In this document: one piece after another, positions 58,614-64,000 of the stretch | Layout: each line of letters opens with the position of its first letter | Position numbering within the stretch: position 1 is the first letter of the stretch | DNA from: Minisyncoccia bacterium | Lineage (GTDB): Bacteria > Patescibacteriota > Minisyncoccia > UBA6257 > GWB1-50-10 | Direction: 5' to 3' | DNA: 64,000 nt | Assembly (NCBI GenBank): GCA_049997815.1 | Contig: JBEKVQ010000001.1 | Location: 20,642 to 84,641 of the forward strand | Made by a program: the position numbers and the translations under genes | The notes under the pieces: generated by a model | The model's database searches: none | Told to the model about the DNA's origin: nothing | Seen by the model: only the letters and a program-made list of their open reading frames with translations

Positions 58614-59165
58614 GTGATGGATTCGGATGAGCATATTATTAAACTTTATTTGGAGGGCCAGAGAGATTTCTTGGGAGTCCTCATAAACAGATACATAGAC
58701 CATATCTATAATTTTATCTTCAGATTCGTGCGGGACCGCGGACGAGCAGAAGATTTAACTCAAGAAACCTTTATAAAGGTTTGGAAAAATCTCCATAGAT
58801 TTGACCCAGAGAGAAAATTCAAAACGTGGCTCTTCCAGATAGCGAGAAATACCACGCTCGATTTCTTGAGGAAAAAGAAGAGCATTAACTTTTCCGAGCT
58901 GGAGGGAGAAGACGGGGAGATTTTCGAGGTTGCCGATTCGGGGCCCACGCCTCATGAAATTTTTGAGAAAAAAGAGGCGGGAATCATGATTCAAGAAATC
59001 TTGGATGAATTGCCGCCGAAATACAGTTCAGTTCTGGTTCTGTATTATCAGAATCAGTTGAATTTTAGGGAGATTGCCGAGTTGAGCAATGAGTCCGTGG
59101 ATACCATAAAAAGTCGCCACCGGCGAGCCATCTCTCTTGTGAAAAAGAAAATTCCTCATGATTAA
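58614..59165 (+). CDS. ECF sigma-70 factor
   Basis: AEDLTQETFIKVW, FKTWLFQIARN, region-4 HTH. Confidence 0.92.
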   Translation: MMDSDEHIIKLYLEGQRDFLGVLINRYIDHIYNFIFRFVRDRGRAEDLTQETFIKVWKNLHRFDPERKFKTWLFQIARNTTLDFLRKKKSINFSELEGEDGEIFEVADSGPTPHEIFEKKEAGIMIQEILDELPPKYSSVLVLYYQNQLNFREIAELSNESVDTIKSRHRRAISLVKKKIPHD

Positions 59166-59166
59166 A

Positions 59167-59193
59167 TGCACCCAAAACGTCGCATCATCCGTA
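59167..59193 (+). promoter_or_regulatory. Candidate ECF-type promoter
   Basis: TGCACC, 17 nt, CGTA; resembles the SigW-type TGAAAC...CGTA. Confidence 0.45.
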
Positions 59194-59203
59194 TTAGGAA
59201 CTA

Positions 59204-59632
59204 ATGGACGAATCTGATGGATTCGGGAAGATTGTTTTGGAATCGGAGCTCCAGGCCCCAGTAGGGCTTTTGGAGAAAATTTTGTTTTCTATCGCAAGGC
59301 GTGAACGCCGTTCGGCTACTCTGAAATTCGCGGCTTATTCCTGTGCATCGGCGCTTGTCGCGATCCTGCTCTTTTTCTCCTGGAGTGCGGCGAATGCGGC
59401 CTTCTACCGAAACGGCACCTCTCAGCTATTCTCTCTAGTTTTTTCCGACTTCCAGTCGATTTTGGCTAACTGGAATTATTTTATCTTGTCCGTAATTGAA
59501 TCGTTGCCAGTTTTAGAGATAATATATCTGCTTCTTTCCGTCGCAGTGCTCTCGGTTCTGATATCGCTTGCGGCGGCGAACGTCAGAAATATCGGTCGCA
59601 TAAGAAATTTCGGATTAAAACATGCTCGATAA
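59204..59632 (+). CDS. Membrane protein, possible anti-sigma factor
   Basis: Directly after the ECF gene; short cytoplasmic N-terminus and TM helices. Confidence 0.65.
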   Translation: MDESDGFGKIVLESELQAPVGLLEKILFSIARRERRSATLKFAAYSCASALVAILLFFSWSAANAAFYRNGTSQLFSLVFSDFQSILANWNYFILSVIESLPVLEIIYLLLSVAVLSVLISLAAANVRNIGRIRNFGLKHAR

Positions 59633-60095
59633 CGTTTTGAGATCCAGGTGGCTCCGAATTTCAGTTTTTACTCTCTTGGCACTCATTATTCTTCTTGCGG
59701 TCTTTTGGTTTGGTATGGTCATAGGAGAAAAGAGGGCGGATTTCAAGAACAATTGGGGGCAGAACTATGGACGATTTTTCGGCGAACCGCGGCACGGATT
59801 TTTCGGTGAGTTGCCCAGCGGCGGTCCCGGAAATCCATTTGGGAACGCCGGCACGGTTCTGAGCGTCCAAGGGGACACGATAGTAACCAAGAGCAGCGAT
59901 AACAGCGAAAAAACCATATTAGTCACTTCGAGCACGGTTATCAGGGAACAGTCGGAAGCGGAGGCCTTGAGTGAAATAAAGCCGGGTGATCTTATTGTGG
60001 CCATAGGCGCGCCGAACGCGAGCGGCCAGATTGAAGCCAGTTTCATAAGGATATTCCCGGCGCCGCCGAACGGCTCTCTTCCTCCGAAGCAATAA
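59622..60095 (+). CDS. Membrane-anchored OB-fold (DUF5666-like) protein
   Basis: TM; GTVLSV...EIKPGDLIVAIG...IEASFIRI. Confidence 0.7.
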   Translation: MLDNVLRSRWLRISVFTLLALIILLAVFWFGMVIGEKRADFKNNWGQNYGRFFGEPRHGFFGELPSGGPGNPFGNAGTVLSVQGDTIVTKSSDNSEKTILVTSSTVIREQSEAEALSEIKPGDLIVAIGAPNASGQIEASFIRIFPAPPNGSLPPKQ

Positions 60096-60109
60096 TCCGA
60101 ATTTTAAAA

Positions 60110-61921
60110 ATGAAAACTTTTTTTAGCGGCCTCAAAAAGAGGGTATCGGAACACAAATTCATAGCTGCCGTAGTTATCGTTTTGGTCGCCTGGGGCGGTT
60201 ATTATGCTTATGGAAAACTGAGCACGACTGCCACCGAAACGCGCTACGTTCTGGCCGCCGTAGAGAAGGGTACGCTCGTCTCTTCGGTCTCCGGCACCGG
60301 CCAAGTTTCGGTTCTGGACCAGATGGACATAAAGCCAAAAGTTTCCGGGGACGTAACCTCCATTTTGGTAAAAGAAGGGGACACGGTTAAATCCGGAGCG
60401 TTGCTCATAAAACTCGACTCAACCGACGCCCAAAAAGCCGTTCGGGATGCCCAAGCCAATCTCGACAGCGCAAAACTGGCTCTGCAGAAACTCGTGGAGC
60501 CGGCCGATGCTCTGTCTCTAATCCAGGCTCAGGATGCTCTTTCTCAAGCCCAGCAGTCCAAACAGGATGCGGAAGCAAATTTTTCCAAGTCCTATGATGA
60601 CGGTTTTAATTCCATCTCGAATGCTTTTACGGATTTGCCCGCTGTTGTAACCGGATTGGATAATCTCTTGCATGGAACGTCGGTAAACGGCATTCAAACC
60701 AACATAGATGCTTACTACAACATGGCTAATGGATATAAACCCAACGTGTCCCAGTTCCGGGATGCGGCTGCGGCCAGCTATCAAGCGGCGCGGACGGCCT
60801 ACGACCAGAATGTTCAGGACTATAAGAATGCCGGCCGGACATCGGACCATCCGACGATCGATTCTCTACTCAGTGAGACGTACAACACCACTATTTTGAT
60901 ATCCGATGCCCTGAAGGATACTAAGAACCTTATTGATCTGGCCTATGACTCCCTGAATTCTCAGAATGGTAAGATTCCGGCCATTCTAACTACCCATGAA
61001 AACAATCTTCAGAGCTACACCGCCACTACGAATTCTCATCTAACCGACCTTTTAAACATTCAAAACTCGATAAAAAATTATAGCGATGCAATCACGAATG
61101 CGAATCAATCCATTTCGGAGAAGACCCAAGCGCTTACCGACCTTAAGAACGGCGCAAATCCATTGGACATTCAATCTCAGCAACTTGCAGTTACACAGAG
61201 GGGAAACGCCCTTCTGGATGCCCAAGAAACGCTCGCAGACTATTCTATCCGAGCGCCGTTTGACGGCGTCGTGGCCAAGATAGATGTCAATAAGGGAGAT
61301 CCAGCTTCTTCGGGTGCTGTGGTGACCACAATGATTTCTAACCAGAGCATCGCCAACGTCTCCTTAAATGAGGTGGATGTCGCCAAGGTCAAAGTTGGCC
61401 AGAAAGCGACAATGACCTTCGATGCTTTCTCGGGGCTCACGATTGCCGGCCAGGTTTCCCAGGTTGATACGATAGGAACCGTGAGCCAAGGAGTGGTGAA
61501 TTACAATATTCAGATACTCTTTGGCACTCAAGACGACAGGATTAAACCGTCAATGAGCGTTTCGGCCTCGATAATCACGGATGTAAAACAAGATGTCCTC
61601 CTCGTACCCAACTCGGCCGTTAAGACGCAAAACGGAAATTCTTATGTTCAAGTGTTGATCAATGTTCCACAGAATGCTTCGTCTACAAGCAGTCAGGGAA
61701 TCGTTTCAAGCATACCCCCGAGCCAGGTCCAGATAACGACGGGGATTTCGAACGGTTCGAAGACGGAAGTGGCAAGCGGATTGAATGAAGGTGACCTCAT
61801 CGTGACGCGGACCATAACCGGAACGACCGCAGCATCGGCATCTCCGACAGCGCAAAGTTCTTCGCTCGGCGGACTGAGAATTCCCGGATTGGGTGGAGGC
61901 GGCGCACCGGCCGGTCGTTAG
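60110..61921 (+). CDS. Efflux periplasmic adaptor (MacA/HlyD-like) with a long coiled coil
   Basis: VSGTG, VKEGDTVKSG, IRAPFDGVV, LLVPNSAV motifs. Confidence 0.9.
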   Translation: MKTFFSGLKKRVSEHKFIAAVVIVLVAWGGYYAYGKLSTTATETRYVLAAVEKGTLVSSVSGTGQVSVLDQMDIKPKVSGDVTSILVKEGDTVKSGALLIKLDSTDAQKAVRDAQANLDSAKLALQKLVEPADALSLIQAQDALSQAQQSKQDAEANFSKSYDDGFNSISNAFTDLPAVVTGLDNLLHGTSVNGIQTNIDAYYNMANGYKPNVSQFRDAAAASYQAARTAYDQNVQDYKNAGRTSDHPTIDSLLSETYNTTILISDALKDTKNLIDLAYDSLNSQNGKIPAILTTHENNLQSYTATTNSHLTDLLNIQNSIKNYSDAITNANQSISEKTQALTDLKNGANPLDIQSQQLAVTQRGNALLDAQETLADYSIRAPFDGVVAKIDVNKGDPASSGAVVTTMISNQSIANVSLNEVDVAKVKVGQKATMTFDAFSGLTIAGQVSQVDTIGTVSQGVVNYNIQILFGTQDDRIKPSMSVSASIITDVKQDVLLVPNSAVKTQNGNSYVQVLINVPQNASSTSSQGIVSSIPPSQVQITTGISNGSKTEVASGLNEGDLIVTRTITGTTAASASPTAQSSSLGGLRIPGLGGGGAPAGR

Positions 61922-61927
61922 TTCCCT

Positions 61928-62650
61928 ATGATTGAGTGCAAGAATATCGTTAAGATCTACAGGACCGGGGATATTGAAACCTTGGCGCTTAAGGATGTTT
62001 CTTTCCACATTCGGGAGGGGGAGTTCGTGGCTATTATGGGTCCGTCCGGTTCCGGCAAATCCACTCTTATGCATATCTTGGGCGCGCTCGATACTCCCAC
62101 TTCAGGAACCTATAAATTGGATGGGCACGATGTTTCGAAACTATCGGACGACGAACTGGCTGACATCAGGAAAAATAAAATAGGTTTCGTCTTTCAATCG
62201 TTCAATCTTCTTCCCCGGGCCACCGTTTTAAGGAATGTTACACTCCCGCTCATCTACGCCAATGTCGCCAAGGATAAACGGGAGGAGCAGGCCGAGCATG
62301 CACTTGATGCCGCCGGCCTTGACCGTGATCACTGGAATCACCTCTCGAATCAGCTTTCGGGCGGACAGATGCAGCGCGTCGCGATAGCGCGGGCGCTCGT
62401 AAACAATCCGTCCATCATTCTTGCCGATGAGCCGACTGGTAACTTGGATTCCAAGACCGGCGAAGTTGTGCTTGGCACCTTTCAGGAACTGAATAAGAGC
62501 GGCCATCACACAATCATTCTAATCACCCACGAGCTTTATGTGGCGGAACACGCCGATAGAATTATTCACATTCAAGATGGCTCCATCGTGGAAGACAAGA
62601 GGAACCTGAGTAAGAGGGAGGCCCATAGTCATCATAAGGCGCAAATATGA
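61928..62650 (+). CDS. ABC transporter ATP-binding protein (MacB/LolD-like)
   Basis: [32 protein letters not shown]. Confidence 0.95.
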   Translation: MIECKNIVKIYRTGDIETLALKDVSFHIREGEFVAIMGPSGSGKSTLMHILGALDTPTSGTYKLDGHDVSKLSDDELADIRKNKIGFVFQSFNLLPRATVLRNVTLPLIYANVAKDKREEQAEHALDAAGLDRDHWNHLSNQLSGGQMQRVAIARALVNNPSIILADEPTGNLDSKTGEVVLGTFQELNKSGHHTIILITHELYVAEHADRIIHIQDGSIVEDKRNLSKREAHSHHKAQI

Positions 62651-63888
62651 ATATTCCCGATATCTTTGAAGAAACATATTCGTCGCTTGCGGCGAACAAG
62701 GTAAGAACCGGCCTCACGATGCTCGGCATCGTGATTGGCATCGGCTCCGTGATAGCGATGGTCTCCATAGGTCAGGGCGCTCAGGGCTCTATAGAATCCA
62801 GAATCCAATCGATCGGTTCCAATCTGATAATCGTGACGCCGGGAGCGGCAAGAAGTTTCGGCTACGGTGCGAGCGCCGGCCGGGGCGGTGCTCAAACCCT
62901 CACTCTTGACGATGCGAGCGCCATCTCCCAATTGGATGGCGTAGCCGCGATATCGCCTGAGGTAAGCGGCAGGTACCAGGTTATTTCGCGCGGCACGAAT
63001 ACGAACACGAGCGTTTGGGGCGTGACTGCGTCGTATCCTCAAGTGCGGAACGTGGAAGTTGACCAGGGCGTATTCGTGACTGACGCCGATGTAAATGATA
63101 CGGCTAAAATCGCGGTAATCGGCCCGACCGTGCTTCAAGATCTTTTTGGTTCCACCGACACGACAGCGACCCCCGACCAGGCCATCGGCCAAATCGTCAG
63201 GATAAAGAGTACGGAGTTCAAAATAGTGGGTGTCACGAAGTCCAAGGGAGGCACCGGTTTTGGAAATCAGGACGATATGATATACGTTCCTCTCTCGACC
63301 GCTCAGCTTCTCTTGGTCGGCAGTAAGTCGTACGTTACGGAGTTAGATGTCCAGGCCCAGGACCAGCAATCCTTGGCGAATGTTCAGACAAGCATCACGA
63401 ATCTTCTCCTGCAGCGGCATAATATTTCGGACCCGACCCAAGCGGATTTCAGTGTATTGAACCAAGCCGACATTGTGGCAACGGCATCCTCGATCACGAA
63501 CACTCTTACCATTCTTCTCGGGGCCATTGCCGGAATTTCGCTTATCGTGGGTGGCATCGGTATCATGAACATGATGCTTACGACTGTGACGGAGCGCACG
63601 CGGGAGATAGGCCTTCGCAAAGCCATTGGGGCGAAGAATAAAGACATTAGCACCCAATTCCTTTCGGAGTCGGTGATGCTGACTTTCTCGGGAGGAGTTT
63701 TTGGCGTAGTTTTCGGGTGGCTCGCAGCATCGGCCGTGACGCAGTTCGCCGGAATCGCGACCTCGATCGCTTGGTCATCGGTGCTACTCGCTTTCGGGGT
63801 TTCGGCGGCCATCGGCATTGTTTTCGGTTATTATCCGGCTCGACGTGCGGCATCACTGAACCCGATAGAAGCGTTGAGATACGAATAA
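62647..63888 (+). CDS. ABC transporter permease (MacB/FtsX family)
   Basis: LTMLGIVIGI, GGIGIMN, ERTREIGLRKAIGA, PIEALRYE. Confidence 0.95.
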   Translation: MNIPDIFEETYSSLAANKVRTGLTMLGIVIGIGSVIAMVSIGQGAQGSIESRIQSIGSNLIIVTPGAARSFGYGASAGRGGAQTLTLDDASAISQLDGVAAISPEVSGRYQVISRGTNTNTSVWGVTASYPQVRNVEVDQGVFVTDADVNDTAKIAVIGPTVLQDLFGSTDTTATPDQAIGQIVRIKSTEFKIVGVTKSKGGTGFGNQDDMIYVPLSTAQLLLVGSKSYVTELDVQAQDQQSLANVQTSITNLLLQRHNISDPTQADFSVLNQADIVATASSITNTLTILLGAIAGISLIVGGIGIMNMMLTTVTERTREIGLRKAIGAKNKDISTQFLSESVMLTFSGGVFGVVFGWLAASAVTQFAGIATSIAWSSVLLAFGVSAAIGIVFGYYPARRAASLNPIEALRYE

Positions 63889-63946
63889 AAACAAAACCCG
63901 CCATTCGGCGGTTCCAGAATAAAAGTCGACTAATTAAAATAAAAAA

Positions 63947-64000
63947 ATGAAGAAATATTTACCAATCATCGTAACGGCAGTAATTGTCGGAGTAGTTTGC
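63947..64000 (+). CDS. 5' fragment of a membrane or secreted protein
   Basis: MKKYLPIIVTAVIVGVVC runs off the window end. Confidence 0.5.
   Translation, partial: MKKYLPIIVTAVIVGVVC

Overview
Chromosomal segment whose gene content and reduced protein architectures point to a Patescibacteria/CPR (Parcubacteria-like) bacterium; the taxonomy is inferred, not searched. Positions 1-39.7 kb and 58.1-64 kb are mostly housekeeping: glyA, folD, recA, ftsK, nusA, murD, valS, tsaD, recO, glyQS, metG, tatD, leuS with hydrolase and NUDIX inserts, htrA, five tRNAs, and an ECF sigma factor followed by a MacAB-like exporter. An ~18 kb island (about 39.8-58.1 kb) abuts the 3' end of tRNA-Ser(CGA), which is duplicated as a 19-bp direct repeat. 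It carries an ImmA/XRE switch, an operon with two DNA methyltransferases, a TerS-like protein and two orphans, a complete diversity-generating retroelement (DGR), a large serine recombinase, and a type I RM system with an HTH-fused HsdM and a Shedu-like nuclease inside it. In the DGR, avd is inverted, and 29 of 34 template adenines are changed in the VR with no other mismatches. Outside the island are several cis-regulatory structures not explained by the gene calls. The strongest is a pheL-like leader peptide with antiterminator/terminator geometry controlling a 50-aa basic orphan. Others are a hairpin plus boxA-like leader shared with the DGR target gene, a leader with three hairpins sharing one loop sequence, a tandem two-hairpin leader, and an 18-aa K/R-rich peptide gene. 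All alignments and counts were done by eye.
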